DNA of 64,000 bases from Rhizaria sp. SCN 62-66 (GCA_001724265.1 MEDY01000004.1:124001-188000), one strand, 5' to 3'; shown: positions 23,887-38,400, counted from the first letter of the stretch. Notes: generated by a model not told the origin, from the letters alone. A program made the numbers and translations.

Positions 23887-26800
23887 TTAGTCCCAGACGT
23901 TCTTGGCAAGGTGAAGCGCACGCATGGCGAGCGTGAGATCGAGCAAGCACTGGCTCAGCGAGGTCATGGCGTACATAAAGGCCTGCTCAGTAAGTAGGAA
24001 TAGTGTCGGCAGCACAGCATAGCCACCGGGCGTCGTCCTGGTAATGCGGTCACGGCACGATTGGTCGTAGCTACGCATGAGTTCAGCCAGGATCTTGTAA
24101 AGTTGGCGAATACGAACACGCTCAGTGGCCCATTCCATGACTGCCTCTTGCCGCGCGATCAGTTCTTCATCCTCGGACTCATCATCGCTCGTCTCGCTAT
24201 CATCACTCTCATCACTGAGTGCGTCCTCGCCATCCTCCTCGCCGTAGTACTCGTCCTCCACTTCTGCAGCGGCATCCTCGTTCGAGCCGGGCGTGCGCTC
24301 AGTCGCAGCCGCAGCTGTTGACGCGTCTGCGATGGATTGGACCGCAGGGGGCGAGACGCCGACCTGAGATGATCCCCGGTCTTGCGCACTCGCCAACGGT
24401 ACGTTAATCAGTGAGCGACTTGCGTCGGACGCCACGGGGGATTCTTGAACCGAGCCTACAGCAGTCGGAACAGGTGCACCCGCGATCGACGCGACGCCAG
24501 CTTCTGTGGCTGTTGTCGCTGCCGCGCCCTGCTGTTGCTGCAAGGGTGAGAAGACGCTCGCAAGCGAGACCGAGGGAGCAGGAGGAAACCGTGCGCGCGG
24601 GCGGAAGCTGGCGCCATGTCCGCCGACTGACATACCAACACGCGCGCCAGCAGCGGCCGCGGTGATCGTCGCCCCAGGCGAGGGCGCAGGCAGGGGCGTG
24701 GCCCCAGTGCCTGAACGGCGCGAGGAGATGGTGTTGTATGCGGTGACTTCAACGCGCGCCATAAAGTCTGCAAGCTTGCGGCGGCGCTGCTCGCGCTCGC
24801 GCTCCTCGCGCGCACGGGGATCAAGCGCCATCAGCTGCTGCAACCGCGCGTGCGACTCAGTGTGGGGCAGCCCGCCAGCGGTGCCCCCGCCCAGCGGCGG
24901 CGATGGTTGCGGAGAGACATGCGCGCCCGCAACCAGGGCGGGGCTTCCTTGGCGCGGGATCAAGGAGGTGCCGTTGCCTGCAACGGCATTGAAATTGGGG
25001 CTCGAGTTGTTGTGAGCGTGCATCATGTCGACAATCGAGGTGAGGCTCTGGCGCGGAACGGCGCTCACAATCCCGGGCCCAAAGCCCGTGCTGGTGCCCG
25101 AACCAGCGTTGCGGTGGCTGGTGTGGGACGCGTAGACAGTCTGGGAAGACAAGACGCGGCCCAATGGCGGCAGACGCGACGAGCTGCCCACGCGACTCAG
25201 CACCGGCAACGCAGCCGCACCAGTATTTCTGGGGCCGAAGCCGCCAACAGAGTCGTACGCTTTGCCATTGCTCATTAGCGAAGCGCGCGCCTGCTGCAGA
25301 GCACCAGCTGTCGGCCGCGGAGATCCAGCAAACGGACTCGGGGCGCCTACACTGCCAGCAGCACTGGCACAGGCAGCGGGTGGCGATCCGCGGCGCTTAG
25401 CATCTTTGCGTGCCTGGCGTTCGCGTTCGCGCTCCTCCGCGCGCAAACGCGCTTTTTCACGCTTGCGGCGCAGGCGAGCGCGATCGATTTCACCCTGCGG
25501 ATCGTAGTCACCATCAAAGTCATCATCGTCCTGCAGCATCGCAAGCTCTTCCATTATATCAGCGTTCGGCGAGATCCCCGCGGGCGCGGGCGACGGGCGC
25601 AGGTGCGAGGCCGACGAGTTACGCGTTAATGGTCGGCCCGCGGCTTGCGCCAGCGCAAGCGCAGGTGTGGATCCTGCAGGCTCCGCGCCGTTACCCGCGT
25701 TGCTTAGGGGGGTAGAACCACGAGATGAGGCCGGCGCCGCGCCTGCTGGTGACAGCATCGCACGGTTTGGACTGGGCGAGCGCGCTGGACCAGCACCCGT
25801 GGCGAAGGACGCACGAGAAAGATTTCCAGAACTGGCGGACTGTCGTAGTCCAGGCGGGCGCGAAGGATGCGACGAAGGCGGCGGCAGCAGCAACGATGTT
25901 GGCGGCAACAACGATGATGATCCGGCGGGCGGTCCCACGACAGTGCTGCTTCTATTAAGTTGAACAGAAGCTTGTGCTGGTGTAGTCAGAATCTGGGTCT
26001 GCACTTGATCATGTGCCTGCTTCTGCGCTTGCTGCTGTACCTGCAGAGAAAGCAGCTCGGCCTGCTTGCGATGAAGCGCCTGCTCTTGTGTTTTACTACT
26101 CTCAAGCATCGCGTTCAGCTGTGCCAGCTGCTGCTGCAACTGCGCTTGCAAACCTACGCCGTCTAGCGGCACTGAAGTGCCTTGGGGCGCAGTAGCACCA
26201 CGTGGCGCAAGGGTGCCTGATGGCGCTGTGTTGCTCGATGACACTGCTTCACCAGGCGGCGCCGCAGTTCCAGGAACAAAAAGTCCAGTTGTGAGCACAG
26301 GCGTAGTCATTAGCGTCACAGACGTTGCGGGCTGCTGTGGCGCAGGTATGGAAGCTGTGGTTAAGGCAGCCGTAATGGGCTTAGGGGTTGAGACACCAGA
26401 GGCTGCAGGCTCAGCGGGCGGCGCAACAACGAGGCGCAGCGGCGCGTTAGGCGCCTGTGTCGGGGCGGAATCGTTATTTTCTGCAGGTGAGAGAGTGACA
26501 GTAACGCAAACAGGTGACAATACTGCCATCTCAAGGTCTCCGCTATTGCTTCCATTATTGGCACTGATGGCCATTTGCTCGCGTGCAGGCTCAGGTTCGC
26601 TATCGTCAGGACGATGTCGGTTGCGGCGATGGTTGCGGCCACCCACGCGCGTATCATCATGTGCCGAGGACTTGGTGTCGTCGCAGCAGCAACTCTTGCA
26701 AGGCAAACAACTGGCAAGCGGCCCAAGGCAGCCCGGACAGCCTCCACGCTTTTTGCGCGAGCGCCGCGCGGCGAGCACGGGCGCGTCCACATCATGCACT

Positions 26801-29800
26801 TGCAGAAACGAAGGCATCGGCACCAGACCCGCAACGTTGTGCTCAACACGGCGGTTCACGTCGTGGATTAACACGATCAGGATGCGGCATGCCGCTGACA
26901 CGAGATCCGACATGAGGGTCGCGGTACGCACGGCCTCGCCCCGGATGCGATCCGTGTCAGGGATGGAGGTGCCGTGGGGACGGTCTACACGAGCAACCTT
27001 AGGCATGCGCGAGATAACCCAGTGGTGCGCAAACAAACACTCTTGCATGCGACCCAGCACCCGCACGAGCGTGACTTGATGCGTGATGACTTCGTGCAAA
27101 ATGTCGGACGGAAGACTGCGACCAAAGAGCGCAGGCTCAGACAGCACATCGTTGGCAAATGTGCGCTGGTCCGCGATCGCAGACGACATCGCCGCAAGTT
27201 TAGCTGCAACTTCGCGCTCATACACAGCCATAAAAGAGGTTGAGGAACACGTCGCGACTGCAGTCTCTGGAAAGATAACGCGGAACATGTGCCGCATCGC
27301 CGAGTTGGCCGCGAATGGGTTCAGCAGCGGCGCAGGCGATTTAAACAGACCAGGTGTCGGCACAGCAGTAACCAAGCCTAGCGCTGTTACAGGCATTGAT
27401 CCACGTGCATCTTTGCTGGCAGCCGTGTCTGCTGCTCCACCACTAATACCTGCGGCTCTAGACTCTGCAACGGCTTCGTCATCAGCGGAGAGGGCGGGCA
27501 ACAGCGTAGGACCAAAGACAATCTCAGAAATCTCTGCAGAGGCTGCTGAATGGTTATTGAGCAGGTGTAGGTTGAGCTCAAGACAAGATACCGATTCCTT
27601 GAGCACACGTGCAATACGCTTAAAAGCGCTTGTCTCAGCACGTTCGGGCCACATGATGGCGGCAACAATGGTGGCTGCGAGAATTCCAAGCATAATCATC
27701 TGGATACGCGCGAGAGCATAATCGTTGGCGCCACGCTTGGGGTCGTAGCCGAGCGCAATTGTGTTTGCGGCAAAGGACATGATAAGACCCATGCCACCGT
27801 GCCGCGGCGAGCTGCGCACGTAGCCTGAGATGAGAGCAAAAAATGACAACATACCGATGTTGGCCAGCGCCCATGTCTCGCCTCGCAGAGGGTCAATTTC
27901 GTAACAGATGGCGGCTGTAACGTAGCCGTACATGGCACCAAAGACGTTACCCATGATACGATTCATTGCCATGACGAGACCACCACCAATAGATTCGGAG
28001 AAAGCAAAACCTACAGTTAGCGGCGCCCACTGCGGCTGGTAAATTGTGAAAGGCCACGGCACTAAGACAGTCAGCGCCGCCACCAAGTGCGCAACAGTAA
28101 TTTTGATCGCCAGTTGCAGCAATTTGCGCTGCTTCGGACCCCACTCTAAGAGCCAGCCCAACGCCTGACGAAAACGCTCCTTGAAAGGCGCCTGCGCGCT
28201 GGACGCCGGCACGACTGGCGCGGGTGCGGCCGGCACCTCACCGTGTTCGCCAACGCCACCCTGCACAGCAGGCAGCTGCTGGACTACGGGCGTGGGCGTG
28301 CCATAGCAGCAACGCTTAACGAACTCGGCCAGCACAAGAATGCAGTAGGGCGCAAAGAACTCAACAATTTCACGAAGGGTCGCCAACCGCGGCGGCTTGT
28401 AGTAACCGGGCACGGGTGCGGGCAGCGGTACATACCGCGTCACTGAGCCTAGTCCGAGGCCAAACAGAGTTTGCGCAGTCACTTGACCCGCAGCAACGCT
28501 TGCACCCGCAGCGGCCGCGGCAACGAGTGCGGCAGCTGCTGCAGGTGATCCAGGTGAGATGGCGTCGGCAAGCGATGTCTCATCCTCAGCGACATCGATC
28601 TCCCCGCCCGCCGCCAGCGTCGGCATGATATCGTCGGCGTGCGCCAGCGCCACGGGCAGCGTGGTAACCAGCGTTGAGAGAGGGTACATGTGGGGAAACG
28701 CATGCGGGGCGACCTTATGCACCATGCGCGACACGTAGCGATCAAAGTTGAAGAAGAAGTGATTCATCACGAGCATGTCCTGAATTTTAATCATTCCAAT
28801 CGACTCATCTTCTTCTTCATTCTCATCCCCTGAGTCTTGGCCTCCATTGCTGCCCATACGGTTCTTGATACGCACGCTCTTCTTGCCAAGACTGTGAGAT
28901 GAACTAGAGCCAGAGACTAGGCGCTTCGGGCCGCCACGACGAGCAGACCTGCGCTTGCGCCCCGCAGCACTGCCACTACCAGTGTTCAGGCCACCAAGGC
29001 TATGTGTGCTGGTGCTGTCGAGCCCGTTGGAGCGGCTGTGCTGGTGATAATTGCCGCTGCTACTACGCTCTGGTACAACGGGCAGCGGCGGCGCATTGGG
29101 CGGTGGTAGCGGCTTATGCGGCGGCACTGTTGTCGACACAATGGGTGTTCCAACGGCATTGCTGTTGCTCATGTTGCTGATGCTGTTGTGGCTCGCTGCA
29201 TAGTTGAGTCCGGTCTTTTGAGCCACACGCTCGAGCGCGACGTCCGAGTTGGAGTAACCACCAAAGGCAGAGAACACGTTGGCGGCGTAACTGGCGGCTA
29301 CTTGTGAGGGCAGATCAACGAATGATCCTCCCGCGGAGCCTGTGGCAACGCGCAGCCGCGTGCGCGTGGCCGCGAGTCCGCCCTCAGTCGCCGGCTGCAG
29401 ACGAATTGGCGCCTCACTGACGGTGCCCGAGCCGGTGCCACTGATGTTGGGTTGCGGCAGCGATGCGAGGCTTGTGAGCGAGGGAGGACGCACCATCGAC
29501 TTGACAGCGGCGTCAACGCGCAACTCAACCTCAGGGTCCAGGTTTGACATTACATCCGCGGCCGCAGCTGCTGCAGCAGCAGAGGCGGCGTCTGCGGCGG
29601 CGACGCGTTGGCGGAAGAAGAGTTGCTTGCGCGTGCGGGAGAAGGTGCCCCACATGTGGTGCAGCGAGGCCATTAGCGTAGTGTAGGAGCCCGGCGTGTA
29701 GGGCGCGCTGAGAGTCAGCGCCGAGTCCGGCGACCGCAGCAACATAGCCGTTACGTCATCGACGTCTTGCACGTCAATGACCTCGGTCCGCGGTAGCGTC

Positions 29801-32800
29801 TCTTGTTCGTTCCATACCGTGTTAGACCGGCGCTCGCGCACGCCGGTGCTGCCAACGCCAGTGGAACCGGCGGCAGAGGGCGCGGAGCCGGCAGACACAG
29901 CAGCAGCGGCAGCAGTGGCCTCAGCAGAGAGTGTGGCCGCGGTCCCGACAATGGCGTTGGAATCGGGCAACAGACCCATTTCAATCGCAGTATGTCCGCT
30001 TCCAGGAATACCAGGAATCGCGCCTGTCGCAGGATTCACGGGCTCGACAGTGCCTGCGGCAACGCCGGAGCGCGGCGGCGGCACGTAGAGCGGCCGCAGT
30101 GTCGCCGTTGCCCCGCCAGTAGAGGCTGACGGCGGCGCGAGCGAGATCTGAACGCGCGCGTGCCGGAGTCCCGGCGCGGCCTCGTCGTCAGAGTCTTGGT
30201 CTGCGCCAGTGTCGAGGTCGGGGTCCGCCGTGTTGGACGTCACGCCCTCGACGAATACGCCGAGCCGTGCCAAACGGCTTTGTACGCGCGCGGCCTCATA
30301 CGCCGCCGCCGTGCCCGTGTGTCCGGTGCCGTCGACAGGTGAGCCGGCCCAGGAGTCTGAGATGGATCCGCGCCGCGTAGCGTCACCGTCAACAAGCATG
30401 AACTCCCCCACCGCGGAGGAAACACTTTGTTGGCGCGCGCGCAGCGTACGCGCATGCGTGCTCGTTGACGGCAGCACAATGCGGTTCGCAGGCTCGCGTG
30501 TGCCCTGCGCCACAGCTGAAAAGTCGTCCTCGTCCTCCTCCTCCTCCCCTTCCTCAGCGACAGTAGCACTGCCGTTTATCTGCATGTGCTACGCAGCGGT
30601 GCGGCGTGACGAGATCGATTGCGAGGGCGGGCGCTGACGCGAAATCGAGCGCGAGCGCTTAACCAATGACTCGGGTACAGTAAAATTGTTGTTATCAACC
30701 GAAGGAGCTCCCCCCAGGTTTGCAGGATGTGGGGGGGCAGCATCACCAAGCACCGCAGCGGCCTGTTGTGCAGCGCGGTCAATGCCAAAAAATGCGTTGA
30801 CATACGTCGCATCAATGGCGCGCGCGGCATCGGACTTGTTGATAATCTCAAAGGCAAAGTCCTTGTATGCGCGCGTGACGTGGCGCATGTCCGTCTGTAG
30901 CTCCTTGACAAACGCGCGGTGCATGATAGCGCCAGAGATGTCCATCTTTGTGATCGTAGTCAGCGCCGCAACCATGCCACGCGCGTTTGAAACCATACCA
31001 GCAGCTTCTGCAAGGAACTGGCGCGCAGAACCAGGGGAGTAAGGGGCCTGGAAGGCTTGGCGCTCTGACAGGAACGGTGGGTAGATCGGGTCCGGTGCAC
31101 GGAGCCCAAAGCCGTTGTTGCGCTTCATGCGCCAGTGGCGCGGGCGGAAGCAGCAACAAAAGGTTTTGTAGACGGCACGATAAACCCAAGATTCGGCTTC
31201 AAGATCAATGACCTCTGCCATGGATGCCGCAACATCGGCCTCAATCTTATCGATGAGGAAGCGCGCCTCCTTGATGAAAAGGTATGTAAAGGGCGACGAC
31301 ACAGTGTTGGTGTTGGCCGTCGCATAGTGCACACCACGCAGTCCCTGCATCTCGTGCATCTTATCCAGCTCGCGCCCGCTGCCGCGCAGAGAACCCCGTG
31401 CACTCGCCAGCTGCCGCTGCTTAAAGTTGCTCTCCACAGTCTTTGGTGGACCACGGGCGCCAGCAAGCACGGCCGCGGCGACTTCAGCTGCATCAGAAGC
31501 GGCGAGCGCGGCGGCGCTGACGGGAGCGACCACATTGGCGGGGTTGGCAATGTAGATGCCGCTGCTGCTGCGACCCAGCTGTATGCCCGGAAGAGGCTTC
31601 TCCGAGCCGGTCTGCGAGTGCGACTCGGAGCGCGCCCGGTCAGAAGCCAACGGCTGTGGAGACACGGGCGAAAACAGTTCACCAGGCGGAGGCAGCGGAG
31701 CTTTATTATTGCTCTTCGCACTCTTTTGCGAAGCACCTGAGTTAGAGCGCGCATCCCTCGTTGCAGTCGTGTTGCTCACAGCATGCGGGGGTGACACACC
31801 GGGAAAGTCATCACCCTCATCTGATGAGCTAATTGCACCGAGAGAATCCGCGCGCCGGACGCGCGGATCTGCGCGGTCTCCATCCGCGAAGCCACTGCTG
31901 TCAAAGTCATCGTCGCCGTCGCCGATGGGCGAGAACACTGCGTCAGAGTCTCCGCTCAGCGAATAGTCGAGCTGTGCAGCGGCGCCACGCTCAGCGTCGA
32001 GATCGGCGCTAGGTGCGGCCGCAGTGCGCGGGGCGGAGCGCGTCTCGGCCACAGGCGATGTCAGTGCAAAAGGCGTCGGCAACACCACATGTGCCATTCC
32101 GGACATGGGTGGCGTCGCCAGCGCCATCGGCTGCAGCCCTAGAGGCTCAATCGCAACCGCAGGCGGCTGAGCTGGCGGCATGGCAGGCAGCAAAATCGGC
32201 GTTAGGCCCAGACCGCCGGGGCCAGAAACAAGGGGCACAGGGACACCAGCAGCTGGGACAGTCGTCGCAGCAGGAACTATCGATGCAGGGATGGAGAGGG
32301 GGGCAACAGCTGGCGACGCGCGCGATTGCGGGGCGGCAAACGCGCCAGCACTCAGGGGACCCGCGCGCGGTGACGGCACCACGGCCTGTGGCAGCGTGAC
32401 AGTGGGCGGGATCGTGCCAGTGGGCGGCAGCGTAAGCATCGCCGGCAGCGTTAGCGGGACGGTGCCCGCGAGCGGCAGCACGCCGACGCCACCCAGAGGC
32501 AGGCCGAAGGAGGCGGCGTCGGGCAACGGCAGCGGCGGCGAGAGCACTGCACCCGTGGTCAGGTGAGGCTGCTGCGCGAGAGCGTTTGGGGGCATCGGCA
32601 TGGCACTTCCGCGAGGGAGCACTCCCAACGGCAGCGCAGTCTGCGGCAACGTGAGCTGGACAGGTGATGCGGAGTGCACTGGCAGCGCAGGGTTTAGTAG
32701 GCCGGACTGCGGAAGCGCGCCAGGCTGCAGCGGCACATGCGGCATAAGCGGTGAGAAAGCAGGCGACCCATGAAATTGCGGCCACACCGGCGCCGGCGCG

Positions 32801-34860
32801 CCGCTAGGACCGCCCGTCGGCGCAGTCCCCACGGGCAGCGGCGCCGCGGTGCCGGCGGAGAGTGAAGAGACGCCTGTGATGCCAACACCGCCGGACCCAG
32901 GGCCAGAGCCGGGGCCGGAGCGCGGGTTCGCTGTGGCCGCGGCGGCCGCGCTGACTGGGGGCAGCATGCCCGCGACCGTGGGCAGCGAGCCGGGGGCTGA
33001 AGGCAGCGAGCCTGGCACAGAGGGCAGTGAGCCCGGGATCGTGGGCAGCGAGCCATAGGCCATGTACTGGGACTTCTGCTGACCCAAGCTTTGCGCAGTG
33101 ACCGTGGGCACTGCGCTGGCGGGCGGCAAACCAGCGGGCACCGCAGCTGCGCCAGGTGCGGTCGACTGCTGCGAGTCGAGCCCGGAAAGCGACTGCACCG
33201 AAGCCACGCGCGCCTGCAGTCCCAGTGACAAACCACTCGGGGGCGCGGCTGTCGGTGCAGCTGCAATGTGTTGTGGTTGTTGCTGCAAAGGAGTCGGACG
33301 AGGAATAGCGAGTGCGAGATCAGAGGCGGGTTTCTGCCCAGTCGGCACGGATTGCAAGCCAAACTGCGCCGGATTCGCGAAGGGCGTCAGAAAGCCGGTC
33401 ACCGTTCCAACCCCCAAGCCGTTGCCTGTGCCCGAGCGTGCAATGGCAAGCACGGTAGGCGCGGGTACGGGCGTGAGCTGCGACGAGTTTCGCGACAGCG
33501 ACGGCGAACGCGACCGCGAGCGCGGCTGCCGCGAGCGCGAGCGGGACCGCGACCGCGCACGAGAGCGGCCAGCGGGGGCCTTCTTGCGCGGCGCAACGCT
33601 GTGTCCAGCGGCAGCGCCGGTGGCACTCTTGCCGTTGCGCGGGCGCGCGGACTGGAGGCCAAGCGGCAGCCCTCCGGATGGGAATACCGCATCGACATCA
33701 AAGCCGGCGCTGCCGAGGCCGACGCGGCGCGCGGGCTGGCCTGAGGCCGGCACACGTGCGCCGCCAGAGCCGCCACCAGTAGAGCCTGCGACGACAGCCG
33801 CAGCGACGGCGTCAGTCGTGGCACGGGTGTTGGCGTCGACAGAATCCTCGGCTGCACAGAGAAAGCCCTTGGAGAGCACGTAGAGGAGGCGCGTGGAGTG
33901 AGTGAGCACGCGGTGCGCACGCACCTCCATGTTGTCGGAGGCCGTAAGCGGGACGGGAAAAAGCAGCGCTAGCACGCACATGCCGACGCCGACGAAGGAG
34001 GAAATGAGGGTGAAGAGTGGGCGCCACCATCCCTGACCGGGCCAGACAAGGATGAAGAGGTTACACGCAGCCTGGGACCAGAAGAGGCGGAACTGCGTGT
34101 TAGGTGCGCTGCCTTGAATGTACGTGCCAACCAGCATGGTAAGGCCCAGACCAATGCCGAGCCCCAGCAGAGAGTCGGGAAGCAGCACGGATACAGCGAC
34201 GGCACAGACAGCGGCTGTGACGATACCGTTGAGCGAATAAACAGCGAGACGCAGGCTTGCTCCGAAACTAGGCCCGCATACCATGACACCTGGAACAACA
34301 GCACTATATGTTTTGAAGTAGTCCCGGGTAGCAGGCATGAGGCAGATAAACAACGTGGCGAACGTTGACAGAACAAGACTACAAAGGGGAGAAATGATGG
34401 GATGAAATCGTTAGCATGAGACGCTGCTACAGTGTCTGACACAAGCATCAAACGTTTAAAAGGTCAATTCATCAATTCACAAAACACTGATATATTATGA
34501 TGGTGGATTGGGCTTTGCAGCGTTGAATAAACAATTACAGCGTTATGAGAATTGAATAATTGACCATGAAAGTTTGTCGTACCGGAGTGCACTGTGCGAG
34601 CGGGTCCAGAGGGGCATGGCTTCAAGCTTACGCTTAAGGCGCCAAAACCAGGGCATACGCATGTTTTGTTCGTCGTCGAGCGTTGCAAACGTGTCTGGCA
34701 GCGTGGCGGCAGCGAGCGACGATGCCTGGTGTTGTTCCTTGGCAGATGGCTGAAGCTGCAACAGATCATCCAGCATCTGTCCGGCCGCGCCCGTCGGCAA
34801 TGACGCACCGGGCTCCCCAGCAGATGTAAACTCGCCACCACGGCGGGACGAGTCTGACAT
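23887..34860 (-). CDS. Giant FUSC/ALMT-like membrane protein, paralogue B; exons ~34860-34583 and 34378-23887; ~3589 aa; in-frame TAG at 30591-30589
   Basis: ORFs 30589..34353 and 23887..30585 are in one frame, separated only by TAG CAC. Both halves match successive parts of uninterrupted paralogue A (FCCCFRPRHWRMKRNNGFGLRAPDPIYPPF before; DVTAMLLRSPDSALT...LHHMWGTFSRTRK after). Ends TAA. Confidence 0.85.
32953..33054 (-). repeat. Degenerate 21-nt coding tandem repeat (GSLPxxP, 4-5 units)
   Basis: Protein reads GSLPTIP GSLPSVP GSLPSAP GSLPTVA GMLPPV. Confidence 0.8.
34379..34582 (-). other. Spliceosomal intron (204 nt), phase 2
   Basis: CTC CG|gtacga...gctaac...ccctttgtag|T CTT GTT; position conserved with paralogue A. 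Confidence 0.85.
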
Positions 34861-35482
34861 CACGAACAGGGGATTGCGCTCGTGGCGCACGTCAGAGCAG
34901 ACAAGAGGAAAAGAACGCGGATAGGTTGCTCCAGGTCCGACCTCCAAGTTCCTTGTGATTACAGAGTTTTTCTTAGAGCCTAAGGAGTGAACACAATAAA
35001 AAAGTATAGAAAATGGTGTGTAATGATGGATGATCACATATTTGTTTAAAAATATCGATGCTGTGGCCGTCAATGTGCAAGAAAACGTGAGCCGATGACG
35101 AAACAATTACACCGTCGTCTTAAAGTTTCTTCAGTCACATTTTTGACGGTGATAACCAAAGATTCCTGAATATTAAATGTTCGGGTCAAATAAAAAACAT
35201 TTCCTAAAGACGGAACAAATGTGTTATTTTAAGGTTCACGTTTAAAATGCGTTGATAAATAGAGTCAAAGTTCATGGCCATTCGTGTTGGGATATGAGCC
35301 ATTTTTTCGGAACCGCTCGCGAGAGCAGATGGCGAAGACAGCCCGAACTTTGGCTTTACGCACTGCTCAGATTAGAGCTGGTACATCCGTGTGTTAGTAA
35401 TTCTGACGTCAACTTGGGAGTCTTCGCTCACTATCCTATCTTATTCTTATTTAACTTTTTTATGCGGCACAGCGACAGGGTC

Positions 35483-38400
35483 ATGAACAAGAGCGCCTTC
35501 TTCGAGCCCTATCGCGCTCTCGGGTTCGTCACCGACTCCACCCCGTTTGACCTCCGGCGCCTGGGTCAGGAGAATATGATTACAGTTGCCACGGGAAAGT
35601 CTTGGCAGCTCTTTAACTGCGAGCGCCTGCGGTTGACGCTTGTCGCGCCGCAGCGCGAGCAGCAGATCGCGGCCATCGCGAGCATCCGCGAGGCCACCTT
35701 CACCGCCGTCGGCTCTGAGATCGTCATTTGGAAGCGCACACACGAGGTCACGCGTCTGCGTCCTCCGCAGGGTGGCGCTATCGTGCGTTTGATGGCCATC
35801 GGCACGACGTTACTCTCTCTGTCGGCCGACATGCATCTCTACGTGTGGGACTTTTCCACGTTTCGCGCCCTGCTGTCGAGCGCCGAGATCAGCGACGCCA
35901 TTACCGACGCCGAGGCCGAGACCTCCGCCGCACCCGCCAAGGGCGACGTGGGCCACCGCGCTGATGCGCCGCTGTTCCCGTCGCGCTCGCTGTCCCCATC
36001 GTCGCACATCCACTTCCCGCGCCCGATTGAGGCCCCCGGCGCGACCGTCACGGCGCTGGTGCACCCGCAGACGTACCTCAACAAGATTGTCGTTGGCTGG
36101 TCCACGGGCGCGCTGGAGCTGTGGAACATCCGCACGGGCGCGATGGTGCACCGCTTCCGCAACGTGGACGCGCTCACGGACGACGCGGCCGCGCCCGCCA
36201 AGGCGCTGGGCGCGCTGCAGGACGACTACGGCGCCGAGCGCGCGCGCCTCCAGGGCCTGGGCGCGCTGCCGCCCGCGGCCGTGACTGCGCTAGCTAAGTC
36301 GCCCGCCGTGGACGTCATCGCTGTGGGGCGCGCGTCGGGCGCGATCGTGCTGTTCAACCTGCGCGTGGACCAGCCGATCCACTGCTTCACCCAGGCCGAC
36401 GGGCCCGTGTCTGCGCTGTCGTTCCGCTCCGACGGCCACGCCTTCCTCGCCTCAGGCTCGCCCGCCGGCAACATCACGCTCTGGGACCTCAAGGCGCGCC
36501 GCCTGCACTCGACGCTGCGCGGCGCGCACCAGGCCGCCGTGACCGCGCTGGCGTTCCTGCCGCAGGAGCCGCTGCTCATCTCCTCGGGTGGCGACAACGC
36601 CGTGCGCCAGTGGGTTTTCGACCAGAACGACCACTCAGGCCGCCAGCTCCGCGTCCGCGCGGGCCACTCGGCGCCGCCCGCCGTGCTGCAGTTCTACGAC
36701 GAAAAAGTCGTGCTGTCGGCCGGAAACGACCGTGCGCTGCGCCTCTTCCACCTCGTGCGCGACCAGCAGACGGCCGAGTTCTCCCAGGGCGCGCTCGAGC
36801 GCCAGGCGCGGCAGCAGGCGCGCTCCGTGGCCGACCTGCGCGCGCCGCGCGCAACGGCGCTGGCGTGCTCCAACGTGCGCGAGCGAGACTGGGTGAACGT
36901 GCTGACTGCGCACCAGGGCGACGCGGCGGGGCTCACGTGGAGCTACGAGAACAAGCGTATGGGCGACTGCAAGCTCGTCAACACCAACGCGCTGCGCACG
37001 GCGCCCGCCACGGCCGTCGCCATTTCGGCGTGCGGCCACTACGGCCTCACCGGCTCCGCCGACGGCCGCGTCGAACGCTACAACATGCAGTCCGGGCTGT
37101 ACCGCGGCCGCTACGGCCGCGCGGCGCACGCCAACGAGTCGCAGCAGGCGCAGGTGACGGCCGCGCGCGCCGACGCAGCGGCCGCGCGTCTGGCAGCGAC
37201 GCAGCACCAGCGCGAGCGCGCGGCGGTGCGCGCGGCGACGGGCAAGCTGGCGACGACTCTGTTCGGCGACGTGCACACAGGCGCCGTCACGACACTCTAC
37301 TCGGACGCCATCAACACGCGCGTCATCTCGGGCTCGCTCGACGGCACCGTGCGCTTCTGGGACTTTTCTACCTTCGGCTCGCTGGGCGTGCTGGGGCTGG
37401 GCAGCCCCGTGGCGCTGGGCGCGTACAACGCCGAGTCGGCGCTGCTGGCAGCCGTGACGGACGACCTGCGCGTGCACGTCATCGACACTGAGGCGCAGCG
37501 CACCGTGCGTCGCTTCCGTCTCGGCGCGCGCGCCACGTCGGCGGCCTTCTCGCCCGACTCGCGTGTGCTCGTCGTGGCGCAGGCCAACGGCGAGGTGCGC
37601 GTGTTCGACCTCTCCACGGGTCGACTCGTCGACTGGTTCACCTTCCTGCGCCCCGTCGTCTCGCTGGCTTTCTCGCCCAAGGGCGACTTCCTCGCCACCG
37701 CGCACGTGGGCTCATTGGGCGTGTACCTGTGGGTGAACCGCTCGTACTTTTCGCACCAGTTCCTAGGCCTCTCGGTCCCGCACAAGCCCGTGGCGATGGA
37801 GCTGGCCACCACGGCCGCCTTCAGCAACGACGACGCCGAGATGGCCGCCGTCACCGACGCAGAGGCCCGCCGCGCCGCCGCCAAGGCCGCCGCGTCCGCC
37901 CGTGTCAAGCGCACCGCCTCGGGCAAGAGGACCGGTGGCTCCAAGCGCGCCCGCAAGGCCGACGGTGCCCCGTCTTCTTCCGAGGACGACGAGGAGGGCG
38001 ACGAGTCTGGCGACGACGAGGACGAGGACGGTGAGGAGGAGGAGGGCAACGAGGAGTTCGACGCGGTCCAGTTCGCGGCGCAGAACCCCGTGGACCCGGT
38101 GCAGATGCGCTCGGATGTGTGGGGCGAGATGCTCACACTCTCCGGGCTGCCCGCCGCCAAGTGGCAGCAGCTGTCGATGCTCGACCTGGTGCGCGCGCGC
38201 AACAAGCCCGTGCAGACGGCCAAGGCGCCCGTGCAGGCGCCCTTCTTCCTCTCCGTCGTCTCGGGCGTGCGCGAGAGCGAGTTCGACGTCACGGCGCTGC
38301 GCCAGAAGCTCAAGGAGGAGGCCGAGGCCGACGAAGCCTCCGCGCTGGCGCGCGTGCTGCGCGGCACGGCGAGCGAGGACCAGGCGCTCGCGCAACTGTG

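Noticed and set aside
13100-30600. Micro-introns removing the TAG at 13106 or 30589
   Set aside because: The nearest GT..AG spans are 13-14 nt and would shift the frame.
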